From positions 3,873-67,872 of the IMG/VR virus record IMGVR_UViG_2684623125_000003: a stretch of DNA of 64,000 bases; one strand, given 5' to 3'. Position numbers and translations under genes: made by a program. The notes under the pieces are model-generated. The model was not told the DNA's origin. It was given only the letters and a program-made list of their open reading frames with translations, and did not search any database. This DNA comes from a virus. Its lineage: Duplodnaviria; Caudoviricetes. Each line of letters begins with the position of its first letter. Within the stretch, counting starts at the first letter, position 1. Below are positions 35,729-45,006 of the stretch, piece after piece.

Positions 35729-35982
35729 GCCATCACCTTATCGACCGACTGACCGCCAGGGTCAGCCACTGGCGCACCGCAGAGGCGGAGGATAAAGAGA
35801 GACTGCGTGACTACCAGCACCGCCTGCTGGCGCTGCGCCAACTGTCACCGCGCCCACATGGCTCGATTGACCTGGCCTTGCGCCAGTGCAAGGCCGTGCG
35901 CAAGACCCTGCAAAACGCCACCCATACCCTGGCCGTCTGCCGCCGTCACCTTCGCGAAATGGCAGGTGCCGCCCTCCCATGA
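35725..35982 (+). CDS. Hypothetical coiled-coil early protein
   Basis: LRDYQHRLLALR versus LRQYQRQLLTLR in P1. Confidence 0.7.
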   Translation: MSHHLIDRLTARVSHWRTAEAEDKERLRDYQHRLLALRQLSPRPHGSIDLALRQCKAVRKTLQNATHTLAVCRRHLREMAGAALP

Positions 35983-38264
35983 TCCGCCGCAGCTCCCGGC
36001 TGCCGCTCTCCAAGAAGACCCTGCGGCAGCGCATTGACACCCTTTCCAACTCTCTGCCCGGCGTCAACGTTGACGCCGTTTTCGGTGGTCCCCGCGGTCA
36101 ATACGACCTGCTGTGGGCCATCCAGTTGCTCGATGGCCTCTCCCCCCAACTGACCCAGACCCTGTTTAAACAGTATGTGCGCCGGCGCAAAGATGGCAGC
36201 ACCCACCCCTGCCGCAGCGCCAACATCTGGCTGCGCGAGCGCACCCAATGGGTGCGCGGCCTCATTCAGGCGATCCCGGTCGACCCGCAGCAGTTGCGTG
36301 ACAAAGAGAGCCGCGAGCGGGTGGCCCACCAGTTCGCCAACCAAACGGCCGCCATCTGGCACCACATCGAGCAGAGCATCAAAGGCGGCGAACACCCCGA
36401 CCTGCCACTGGCCTTTGAGGCAGTGCGCCAACCGGCCGACCAGTGGGGCTTTATCGGTGACATGCCCACGTTCAAATCAGACGAGACTCGGGATAACTGG
36501 GCCTTGAGCGTGATGGTGCGCCTGCTCTCGGCCAAGTGGTGGGAGAAGCGCATCAACCGCTGCTGGGACCGGCTGCAAGAGCACATCAATATTTTGCTCG
36601 GCAAGGTCCGCAAGGGCGTGTCGGCCTATGTGTCGAACGCCACCATGAAGGTGGTGCGCGAGCGCAAACGAGCCATGATGCGCTGGCTGGCCGAGTCGGA
36701 GGTGATGAACGCCCGGCATGATCTGGTGGTCTCGATGAAGGAGTGCTGGGAGGCAAGCCCCTCTAACCCGGTCAACCGCCGCAACGAGATGATGACCCGC
36801 ATGCGCGGCTTTGAGGATTACGCCGAAGAGATGGGGCATGTGGGGGTGTTCTTCACCTGGACGGCCCCGAGCAGCTATCACGCCTGGAAGACCGGCCGCA
36901 ACGGCAAGACGGTCGAGAACGACAAGTACCAAGGTGCTACGCCCCGCGATACGTGCGCCTATCTGGCCAAACTGTGGAGCCTGACCCGAGCCAGCCTCTC
37001 GCGCGCCAATACCCCCGTTTACGGCTTTCGGGTCTGTGAGCCCCACCACGATGGCACCCCACACTGGCACCTGCTGCTGTTTATGCGCCCGACTGACAAG
37101 TGGCGAGTGATCAGCACACTGCAGCACTACGCCCTGAGCGATGACCGCGATGAGCTGGAGCGCCTTAACCAGGGGATCCCGTTTACCGACATCACCCCGC
37201 GTTTTGACTGGAAGGAGATCGATCCGGCCAAGGGCGACGCCACCGGCTACATCGCCGCCTATATAGCCAAGAACATCGACGGCGAACACGTCGAGGGGGA
37301 CGATGAAGCGGGCACGGCGGCCGATCTCGGTGCCCAGCATGCAGTTGCCTGGGCCAGTTGGTGGGGCATTCGCACCTTCCAGCAGATTGGCGGCGCCCCG
37401 GTCGGCGTCTGGCGTGAATTGCGCCGCATCAGCAACGCCAAGAAAAGTGGCGATCTGGTTGGCCCCCCCAAGCCGGTACTGATGGATCCGCGCTTTGAGG
37501 CCGCTCGCTTCGCCGCCGATAACGGCATCTTTCGCTGTTACCTGCACGCCATGGGTGGGGCCCTGGCAGCCCGCACCGAGCACCCCATCAAGCTGGCCCA
37601 CCTCATCGAGGAGCAGGCGAACCGTTACGGTGAAGACATCCAGCGCCTGATGGGACTACACACGGCGCGCCTTGGCGTCAAAACCCGCCTGCAGGGGTGG
37701 GAAGTGGTTCCCGCCGGCACCTATGAGGCCACCAAGGCTGCCGGAGCTGGGGGGGTTGGGGTTAAGCCGGGCGGCAGCCCGGCGCCTTGGAGCTCTGACA
37801 ATAACTGTACGCAGCCGGATCCTGCGGCGTTTGCGGATCAGGTAATGGCAGAGCAGTGGGGGTTATCGCCCTTCTCTATCAAGCGCCTACGGGAAGGCGC
37901 CCAAGTCAGCACTGATGGTTACACCCTCTGGCTTGAGAACGGCCAGTTGCAGTCGAGCCGGGCCCCAGCCGGTGAACCACCGTGGCAGTCTGAATCCTCC
38001 TCGATATCCCACGACCAAGAGGGTGAGTACGCCATTGCCCCGAATGACCCGCAGTGGCCAGAGCTGGTCAGCCTCTGCGGTAGCCTCTACCAGGTACAGG
38101 GCCATAGCGGCGCGCACCGCTGGATCGAGATGCTGCCCGAGCCTTACCAGTCAGAGATGTGGCGGGTGCTCGAGGGGCTGGATTCGCCGACGTGGATGCA
38201 AGAGCAAGAGGAGTACCGCGAGTGGGAAGAGTGGGAGGCATCAGATGAGCAGACAACCCCATGA
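35979..38264 (+). CDS. A: Replication endonuclease gpA
   Basis: EPHHDGTPHWH, YIAAYIAKNIDG, PWSSDNNC. Confidence 0.95.
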   Translation: MIRRSSRLPLSKKTLRQRIDTLSNSLPGVNVDAVFGGPRGQYDLLWAIQLLDGLSPQLTQTLFKQYVRRRKDGSTHPCRSANIWLRERTQWVRGLIQAIPVDPQQLRDKESRERVAHQFANQTAAIWHHIEQSIKGGEHPDLPLAFEAVRQPADQWGFIGDMPTFKSDETRDNWALSVMVRLLSAKWWEKRINRCWDRLQEHINILLGKVRKGVSAYVSNATMKVVRERKRAMMRWLAESEVMNARHDLVVSMKECWEASPSNPVNRRNEMMTRMRGFEDYAEEMGHVGVFFTWTAPSSYHAWKTGRNGKTVENDKYQGATPRDTCAYLAKLWSLTRASLSRANTPVYGFRVCEPHHDGTPHWHLLLFMRPTDKWRVISTLQHYALSDDRDELERLNQGIPFTDITPRFDWKEIDPAKGDATGYIAAYIAKNIDGEHVEGDDEAGTAADLGAQHAVAWASWWGIRTFQQIGGAPVGVWRELRRISNAKKSGDLVGPPKPVLMDPRFEAARFAADNGIFRCYLHAMGGALAARTEHPIKLAHLIEEQANRYGEDIQRLMGLHTARLGVKTRLQGWEVVPAGTYEATKAAGAGGVGVKPGGSPAPWSSDNNCTQPDPAAFADQVMAEQWGLSPFSIKRLREGAQVSTDGYTLWLENGQLQSSRAPAGEPPWQSESSSISHDQEGEYAIAPNDPQWPELVSLCGSLYQVQGHSGAHRWIEMLPEPYQSEMWRVLEGLDSPTWMQEQEEYREWEEWEASDEQTTP
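37785..37811 (+). other. ori: Rolling-circle origin
   Basis: CCTTGGAGCTCTGACAATAACTGTACG. Confidence 0.8.
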
Positions 38265-38739
38265 AGCCCTGGCCCCAACCGTCAGCCAGGATAACTACCG
38301 ACGCCTGGATAACCGGGTGACCAGCATTCTCAAGCGCAATTGGCCGGCCGATGAGATCAGCCAATGGGTGGGGTTGCTGTCGGGGGAAGAGCAGGCGCTG
38401 GCCTGCGCCATCCTTCGCCGCCGTCACCCTCGCACAACCCTGTTGGCTCTGCCGGCCAGCAACAATGAGGCGTCAAAGCCGCTTCAGTCCAGAGAGCTGC
38501 GCCCCACAGTACCGGTGCTCTCGGTCGCCGGCCGCCCCATTGGGCGGCGCCATCGGGTGGAAGATCTGACACCGGTAGTGATCGAGCTGAGCGGCACCAT
38601 CCGTAACGCCAGCACGGGCCGCACCCTCTGGATTGCCCCGGGTAGCCCCACCGATCGCGCCAACCCGGGTACAGCTGCAATTATCAATGCCTCCTACCGG
38701 CCTACGCAGCACCAGGTGATCGCGGATCATCGCCTCTAA
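38245..38739 (+). CDS. Hypothetical protein after rep
   Basis: GGAGG RBS; overlaps the rep end. Confidence 0.65.
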   Translation: MSRQPHEALAPTVSQDNYRRLDNRVTSILKRNWPADEISQWVGLLSGEEQALACAILRRRHPRTTLLALPASNNEASKPLQSRELRPTVPVLSVAGRPIGRRHRVEDLTPVVIELSGTIRNASTGRTLWIAPGSPTDRANPGTAAIINASYRPTQHQVIADHRL

Positions 38740-38766
38740 ACCACAAACTCGGGAAAAAGCGTTATA

Positions 38767-39138
38767 GTGCCTCAAATAGAGCCCACTACTGGATGGTTGA
38801 ATATGGAGCGCTTAAAGGATCTGCTTGTCACGCTTGTCATGGAGCCTGGTGTGCTGAAGTTCGTTGGTGGCCTGCTGATGACGCTCTCTATAGCAGCGAT
38901 AATGCTGGGCGCCAGAGCATTCCTGTTTGAAGGCCGAATCGAGCGAGCGTTTAGCCGATTTCAGACAATAGCTGATGGCAAAGCAACACTGCCCACTCCC
39001 CCCGGCCTATTTGACCAGTGGCCCGTCATCCAGGCCATGATCCCCGAAACCCTTGTAGGGCTCATCGGTTGGCTACTTCTACTTGTCAGTGGATGGATGA
39101 TGGCGAGCTTTGGTAAGCAAATCGAGCGCATCTACTGA
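38767..39138 (+). CDS. Two-TM membrane moron protein (start may be 38802 region, MERLK)
   Basis: Two hydrophobic segments. Confidence 0.6.
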   Translation: MPQIEPTTGWLNMERLKDLLVTLVMEPGVLKFVGGLLMTLSIAAIMLGARAFLFEGRIERAFSRFQTIADGKATLPTPPGLFDQWPVIQAMIPETLVGLIGWLLLLVSGWMMASFGKQIERIY

Positions 39139-39158
39139 CACTCAGTGGTTACAAGCGG

Positions 39159-39377
39159 TCACTCAATGACGATGAGGGGCTCTGCCGGTTTGTGCATGCA
39201 GATGGGGCAGATCTTTGCCTCAGGGAAGTGCTCGAACGTCTTCATTATCGCTCGCCTCTCAGAGGCGAACTCCCCCAGGTAGTAGCGGCAGTGTACCCGC
39301 TCGAGACGACTGCAGCCCCAGCAATGGGCCACATAGCGGGTGGGGTTTACACTCATCGCGACAAAGTAATCGTCCAT
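39159..39377 (-). CDS. Small Zn-binding protein
   Basis: HCxxC...YLGEF...CPIC; GGAG RBS. Confidence 0.65.
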   Translation of the reverse strand: MDDYFVAMSVNPTRYVAHCWGCSRLERVHCRYYLGEFASERRAIMKTFEHFPEAKICPICMHKPAEPLIVIE

Positions 39378-39561
39378 CTGGACTCCCTAGCTTCTGCAGT
39401 TACAAGACGAGGGTAGTCATCTCAGCGCCAGGGTGGCTTGTCACTAATGACAGCTCTTTAACTGATAGAGGGGGTTTTTCATTCCAGAAGCAAGATGTAA
39501 CATACTTCAGGACGGAAAATTTATAACGGCTTGTGTATGGCCCAAGACTCGGATAGTTCTG

Positions 39562-40485
39562 ATGCGTGTTTTTAGCCTAAAATTTGGATGGTGGAATGTT
39601 GGCTTGTCCCCTACAGCAAAATCTGCCGTGACCAAGGCATGTGCAGAAACCTATAACCAACTTTGCACTCATATCACAGATTTATTTTCAGATCATTCAA
39701 TTGATCTTCTTGGTCTTTGTGAAGTATCAGAAGATGACATTCTTTACCTTGAAAGCTTCTTCAGCAATCAGAATATTTCAACCTTTGGAATGACATCACA
39801 AATAGGGCGCTCTAGATTTGATCTAGCGGTAATGTATAACAATACGAAAATATCAGTATCCCATGTTGACTCCCTTGTGGATGTTCACTGTGGAAATTAC
39901 ATCAAAGCAGGCCAAGTTCTAAAGATAAATGTAAATGAAAATGAAAATGTAAATAATGATAATGATGAAATTTACGTATACCTCTGTCACTGGCCCAGTA
40001 GAGTACGACCTGAGGGAGAAGCAAAAAGGTCTTTAGCTGCAGAATACGTATATAATGATGCTGTGAGAAGAATGAGACAAGGCAAGGACATAATCGTAAT
40101 GGGCGATTTCAATGATAACCCATATGATGACAGCTTAAGTCTCCGTTTACGAGCCAATCGTTGCCACGACTACGTAAAAAAATACCCAACGGAATTGTTT
40201 TACAACCCATTTTGGCGGACAGTCGTTTCTGATTCAAAGTTTTGTTATGCTGACAGCAATAACACTTACAGGTCAGGCACTCATAAATACCATCAATTCG
40301 GCGGCTCACTTTGGCACTCCTATGATCAGATTTGTGTCTCAGGCAGCTTTATAGGAGCAGGCAAATGGTATTTAAATGAGCATGCGACTACTGTAATTGC
40401 AAGCCAGAATATTTTAGACGATTACAACAACAGTAATAACTTCATTGACCACTTGCCAATAGCATGTGAAATAACAAGACCATAA
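39562..40485 (+). CDS. Endonuclease/exonuclease/phosphatase (EEP) family protein
   Basis: WN, CE, HWPSR, GDFND, DQ, DHLP catalytic motifs; AT-rich. Confidence 0.88.
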   Translation: MRVFSLKFGWWNVGLSPTAKSAVTKACAETYNQLCTHITDLFSDHSIDLLGLCEVSEDDILYLESFFSNQNISTFGMTSQIGRSRFDLAVMYNNTKISVSHVDSLVDVHCGNYIKAGQVLKINVNENENVNNDNDEIYVYLCHWPSRVRPEGEAKRSLAAEYVYNDAVRRMRQGKDIIVMGDFNDNPYDDSLSLRLRANRCHDYVKKYPTELFYNPFWRTVVSDSKFCYADSNNTYRSGTHKYHQFGGSLWHSYDQICVSGSFIGAGKWYLNEHATTVIASQNILDDYNNSNNFIDHLPIACEITRP

Positions 40486-40494
40486 GGATTATTT

Positions 40495-41022
40495 ATGCCT
40501 GATGATTTTATGGATTCATTATATGCTGGAGATACCGCAGCAAACCGGGTTATACAAGCCAAGGTTGAAATAAACAACATTTTCTCTAAGTTGGAAAATG
40601 CACTATCCGCTTATTTTAGATCCTCTATAGTATTAAATTTCCGCACCCCGAAAAGCACTAACCTTAAGCATATCCTTAATGCCTTCGCCGCATCTAATGA
40701 AAACAAACTAGATATCAATGACACTTTCGATGAAGTGATAGCAATAGAGCCATCAACTCAGTGTAAAAGTGCACCCTTGTTTTTGTACAAAAAGACTCTT
40801 GACGGATGGCCAATTTATATAAGACATAACACAAACACTATAAGAATAACATCAAAAGATGAGTTTGAACGTGTGTTAAACGATATTTTAAGAGAGCCAT
40901 TAACTATTTTTAAATTGCGAAGCCTCATCGCCGACATTGCCAATGCAAATAATAAAGAAGTTTTAGGTTCAGATGAAATCGACAATCATAACAATGGAGA
41001 CCAAGTCAGCCAAGCTGAATAG
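40495..41022 (+). CDS. Hypothetical partner of the EEP nuclease
   Basis: 9-bp gap with AAGGA RBS; same low GC. Confidence 0.75.
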   Translation: MPDDFMDSLYAGDTAANRVIQAKVEINNIFSKLENALSAYFRSSIVLNFRTPKSTNLKHILNAFAASNENKLDINDTFDEVIAIEPSTQCKSAPLFLYKKTLDGWPIYIRHNTNTIRITSKDEFERVLNDILREPLTIFKLRSLIADIANANNKEVLGSDEIDNHNNGDQVSQAE

Positions 41023-41086
41023 TTCACCACCTAAATATGGTCACACTCGGCATCCGTGTACTGGCAAAGATCGGTATCGAATAAAC

Positions 41087-42361
41087 TCACTTCACCACCG
41101 GCAGCTCGCCAAGCGCAGTGGTATAGCGGGGGCTTAACTGCTCCCGCTTCATCATCCACTCCCGGGTGTCACTGCCGCGGGCCGCGAAATATACCTTCCC
41201 TAACCGCCCCTGATTGATCTTGTCGATGACCTGCATCAGCGCCTCGCTGCGCGAGGGCTGCTGGGCGGCAAACAGGTCACCCTGTAGCATGTTGGCAGGG
41301 GTAAGATCGGCCAGCATGACGCCCCCTTTCTGATATCGCTGCTCGTCGCGCCAGATGCGCGGGAGCAGTTCCGGGATCAGAGCCAGCAGCGCCCGGGTGT
41401 CATGGGTGGGCATCGCCAGCTTGGTGCTCACCTGGTTGCCGTAATAGGGCTCCCTGTCGCTGAACGGGCTGGTGCGAATGAACAGGGTCACGTGCCGGCA
41501 GCACATCCTCTCCCCCCTCAGTTTCTCGGCGGCCCGCTCCATGTAGCCGGCCAGTGCCTGGTGCATGGGGCCGATCTGGGTGATGCGCTCCCCAAACGAG
41601 CGTGAGCAGATGATCTGCTGCTTGGCCTGAGCCTCTTGTTCCAGCTCGGCGCAGGGGATCCCACGCAGCTCTTGCACCGTGCGCTCGACCACCACGCCAT
41701 AACGGCGCCGCAGCGCCTTGGGGTCAGCGGCGACCAGATCGGCCACGGTCTTGATGCCCTGTGCCTCCAGCTTGGCGGTGAGCCGGCGACCAATGCCCCA
41801 AATCTCGTCCACCGGGGTGATCGCCATCAGCCGGGCACGGCGGGCTTCATCACGCAGATCCACCACGCCGCCAGTAGCCGGCCACTTCTTGGCAGCATAA
41901 TTGGCGAGCTTGGCCAACGTCTTGGTGGGGCCGATGCCTACCCCCACAGTCAACCCGGTCCATTGCTGTACCCGCTCGCGGACGTGGCGGCCATAAGCCA
42001 CCAGATCGCCGGCCCAGCTCTCACTCAGCTCAATAAAAGCCTCGTCGATGCTGTAGACCTCTACCGCCGGGGCCATCCCCTCCAGAATGGTCATCACCCG
42101 GTTCGACATGTCGCCATAGAGGGCGTAGTTACTGGAAAACCAGACCCCGCCCATGGCCTCGAAGAACTGGCGGATCTGAAAGTACGGCACCCCCATCTTG
42201 ATGCCGAGCGCCTTGGCCTCCGCCGAGCGGGCCACCACACAGCCATCGTTGTTGGAGAGCACCACGATGGGCCGCCCCTTCAAATCGGGCCGAAACAACC
42301 GCTCGCAACTGGCGTAGAAGTTGTTCACATCGACCAGCGCGATCGCACAGCGCTTGTTCAT
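41087..42361 (-). CDS. umuC: DNA polymerase V catalytic subunit
   Basis: [26 protein letters not shown] clamp motif, SPRYTT. Confidence 0.96.
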   Translation of the reverse strand: MNKRCAIALVDVNNFYASCERLFRPDLKGRPIVVLSNNDGCVVARSAEAKALGIKMGVPYFQIRQFFEAMGGVWFSSNYALYGDMSNRVMTILEGMAPAVEVYSIDEAFIELSESWAGDLVAYGRHVRERVQQWTGLTVGVGIGPTKTLAKLANYAAKKWPATGGVVDLRDEARRARLMAITPVDEIWGIGRRLTAKLEAQGIKTVADLVAADPKALRRRYGVVVERTVQELRGIPCAELEQEAQAKQQIICSRSFGERITQIGPMHQALAGYMERAAEKLRGERMCCRHVTLFIRTSPFSDREPYYGNQVSTKLAMPTHDTRALLALIPELLPRIWRDEQRYQKGGVMLADLTPANMLQGDLFAAQQPSRSEALMQVIDKINQGRLGKVYFAARGSDTREWMMKREQLSPRYTTALGELPVVK

Positions 42362-42780
42362 GATGCTTCCATCTGGTGCACAACAAAGGACACCACCCCG
42401 AAGATTTCCAGTTCCTGCCCATCGCTGAAATGGATGGGACGATAAGCACAGTTGCCAGGCAGTAGCGCCACCGATGGCTCAAGCTGCAGCCGCTTCACCG
42501 TGAACTCGCCATCTACGGCAGCCACCACCACACAGCCATGCACTGCCTTACGACTGCGATCGACGACAAGCAGGTCACCATCGCGGATCCCGTAGTCAAC
42601 CATGCTGTCACCGGCTGCACGCACGAAGTAGGTGGCCGCTGGGTGGGCCACGCACAGTTGATTAAGGTCGATGGTCTGCTCGGTGTAGTCCTGCGCCGGC
42701 GATGGAAAGCCACAGGCCACCGGGGAGAGGAACAGGGGTAGCTCCAACAAGGGTGCATCGGGAGTGGGTTGAGCAAACAT
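42358..42780 (-). CDS. umuD: UmuD/RulA autoproteolytic subunit
   Basis: [18 protein letters not shown]. Confidence 0.95.
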   Translation of the reverse strand: MFAQPTPDAPLLELPLFLSPVACGFPSPAQDYTEQTIDLNQLCVAHPAATYFVRAAGDSMVDYGIRDGDLLVVDRSRKAVHGCVVVAAVDGEFTVKRLQLEPSVALLPGNCAYRPIHFSDGQELEIFGVVSFVVHQMEAS

Positions 42781-42799
42781 GCTGGCAATCTCAAAAGTA

Positions 42800-42815
42800 C
42801 TGTATGAATGAACAG
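42800..42815. promoter_or_regulatory. LexA box for umuDC
   Basis: taCTGTATGAATGAACAGta, about 20 bp upstream of the umuD ATG. Confidence 0.9.
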
Positions 42816-42989
42816 TATAGCAAGACACCAACACCGGATCACCGTTCGGCATTTGGCTCCTATAGGCAAATGAAAGTAGGGAGAGAAAGGATAGGATTTC
42901 AGCCTGTGACACAGCGACAAGGATTGACAATCTGTATATAAAGCATACGCAAGGTGTATATCTCATGGGTTTTCTACAAGCACGGGAAA

Positions 42990-43044
42990 TAATATTAAAA
43001 TGACATCACCTTAATATTAAAATGACATCACCTTAATATTAAAA
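42990..43044. repeat. 22-bp tandem repeat, 2.5 copies
   Basis: TAATATTAAAATGACATCACCT. Confidence 0.9.
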
Positions 43045-43463
43045 GTCCGTAACCGCTGATTTATCAAGGCGATTACCATTGTCAAAAATCAAGTGTTGAA
43101 CATCCTAACAAGTCGGCGCTATCGGATGCCGTGTGCATCCTAACAACTTCGCGAAGGGCCGCCATTGCTGGCCTGCATAGATTCAGTCTCGGTGTAACTT
43201 TGATTGCCTGGTAGTTTCAACGTGTAGGCAAACGATAGTTATTTATTTAAAACTAAAACAATGAACGCTGTTGCAAATATAGAACTTATCCACTTATGAT
43301 TGCGCCAAGAAGTGAAACCAATAAAGGATCCAGCCATGCCGGAGGGAATTAATTTGCCACTTGGATGTCAGTTTTATTCCCTATAGGTCGGTCTGAGCCG
43401 GTGGCTTGTGATAAGTAAAGCAGTCAACCGGGAGCAACAATTACATCAACGATAGGAGGCAGT

Positions 43464-43631
43464 ATGTCGCGTGGCGTTCAAACGGACATCTACAGTTCAA
43501 TCCGGTACATAGCAAGAATCACCCCAGACCTGAATCTGGAGGAAAGAGAGGACCTGTGCAGGGCAATCATCACCTTGTGCGAACTGGGCGAAATGCTCCA
43601 GGGAACCGAGATGAACAAAACAGAGTCGTGA
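43464..43631 (+). CDS. 55-aa protein, possible Tum-like antirepressor
   Basis: AGGAGG RBS; MSRGVQTDIYSSIRYIARITPDLNLEEREDLCRAIITLCELGEMLQGTEMNKTES. Confidence 0.55.
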   Translation: MSRGVQTDIYSSIRYIARITPDLNLEEREDLCRAIITLCELGEMLQGTEMNKTES

Positions 43632-43669
43632 GGCAACGCGACCACGGGATGCAGAAACAAAGAGGGGCG

Positions 43670-43921
43670 CTATTGCGCCCCCAGTCCTTCCAGTACCATC
43701 TGCCGCCCCTCTGGCGTCAGCGACCCAATCAAGCTCAGCACCAGCTGGTTGGTGGTCTTGGCCGAAGGGCTTAGGGTGTGGGCGAACGACAAGGTGGCCA
43801 CCCAGCTGTGGCCACACTCGGCATCGGTGCACTGGCAATAGAGATCCGAGACATCATCGCTCAGTCGGTTGGTCTTGGTAATGCGGCCCCGCTGGCCACA
43901 TACTTTGCAATAAACCCGCAT
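43670..43921 (-). CDS. ogr: Ogr/Delta-like late activator
   Basis: CKVCG..CQCTDAECGHSW. Confidence 0.92.
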   Translation of the reverse strand: MRVYCKVCGQRGRITKTNRLSDDVSDLYCQCTDAECGHSWVATLSFAHTLSPSAKTTNQLVLSLIGSLTPEGRQMVLEGLGAQ

Positions 43922-43978
43922 CACCCCTCCCAATAAATCAAATGTTCAATCAATAGATTTCATTCTACCTCGATAGCA

Positions 43979-43994
43979 CTGTCTATTTATACAG
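43979..43994 (-). promoter_or_regulatory. LexA box upstream of ogr, overlapping the portal stop codon
   Basis: CTGTATAAATAGACAG; TAGAAT at 43967-43962. Confidence 0.75.
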
Positions 43995-45006
43995 TCACGC
44001 CAATTTCCTGCCTGAAACTGACCCATAACGCTCGCGGGATCCCGCTGCTGTTGATGGTCTCGGTGACCAGCTCACACAAGGGCAGCACCTCGTTGCGGGT
44101 ATAGGTGGCATCGTACTTCTCAGGATCCCCCAGACCGGCGCTGCCGTTGGCCGGGATGATGCCGGCCAGCGCCGCCGGGAAGCGGTGCGCGGTGAGCACA
44201 TCCTGGGAGGTGATCCCCTTGATGGCGGCAAACTCGTCTTTTGTGGCGATGTCGCCCACCGGGATGAGCTTGATGGCGTCCTTGTCCCCGCCCGGGATGT
44301 TGACGAACATGGAGCGGAAATTCCCCACCCCCTGGCTGCCGGCGATCATCTCCTTCATCTCGGCCTCGGTGTCGTCGTCCATGTTCGGATCCGAGGTGTA
44401 GAATATGAATCCCATGTGGGCACCGTTGAGAAAGTAGCGGCGCCGAAACAGGGTCGCATCCCGGTTGAGCAGGGCCGACTGCAGGCCCCCCAGGTAGTCG
44501 GGCAGTCCATACACCTGCTGCTCGGGGTCGTACTGGGCCAGCCAGATCACATCCTCTTCGGCATAGTCCAGGTGTTGGCCATTGCGCTGCAGCAGCACAA
44601 AGCCCCCCTGGGGCCGGCGGCGCAAGTAGATGCTCGAGAGCGGATAGAGCCCCACCACCTGGCCCCAGTGGTTGCGCAGTTTTAGCAATGCCGCATCCCC
44701 GCTTTGCAGGTAGTTATGCACGAACGCTGCGATGGTGGCACGCGGCACCCCGCCGCTTTCAAAGCGCCCCGACACCATGTTACGCCTGGCCATCAAGATG
44801 GCGCCATGGTGGGCATTGGCACGGGTCAGCTTGGCCAGCCCCTTGCGGTCGATGGGCGGCTGGTAGTAATCCCCCCAGGGGTTCAAAAACACGTCCGTGT
44901 AATCAGTCATCCAGGCGGTCGAGTCGACCGGCTCGGGCATCGAGAACATCACGGCCGGTTTGTGGGTCATGGCGGCAGGTGCCGCCGGGGTATGCTTGCG
45001 GGTCAT
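43987..45006 (-). CDS. Q: Portal protein gpQ
   Basis: YGLPDYLGGLQSALLN. Confidence 0.95.
   Translation of the reverse strand: MTRKHTPAAPAAMTHKPAVMFSMPEPVDSTAWMTDYTDVFLNPWGDYYQPPIDRKGLAKLTRANAHHGAILMARRNMVSGRFESGGVPRATIAAFVHNYLQSGDAALLKLRNHWGQVVGLYPLSSIYLRRRPQGGFVLLQRNGQHLDYAEEDVIWLAQYDPEQQVYGLPDYLGGLQSALLNRDATLFRRRYFLNGAHMGFIFYTSDPNMDDDTEAEMKEMIAGSQGVGNFRSMFVNIPGGDKDAIKLIPVGDIATKDEFAAIKGITSQDVLTAHRFPAALAGIIPANGSAGLGDPEKYDATYTRNEVLPLCELVTETINSSGIPRALWVSFRQEIGVTV

Noticed and set aside
42932-42947. Second LexA box CTGTATATAAAGCATA
   Set aside because: Lacks the CAG half-site at the required spacing
42990-43044. CRISPR or mini-array
   Set aside because: The repeats abut with no unique spacers and there are no cas genes
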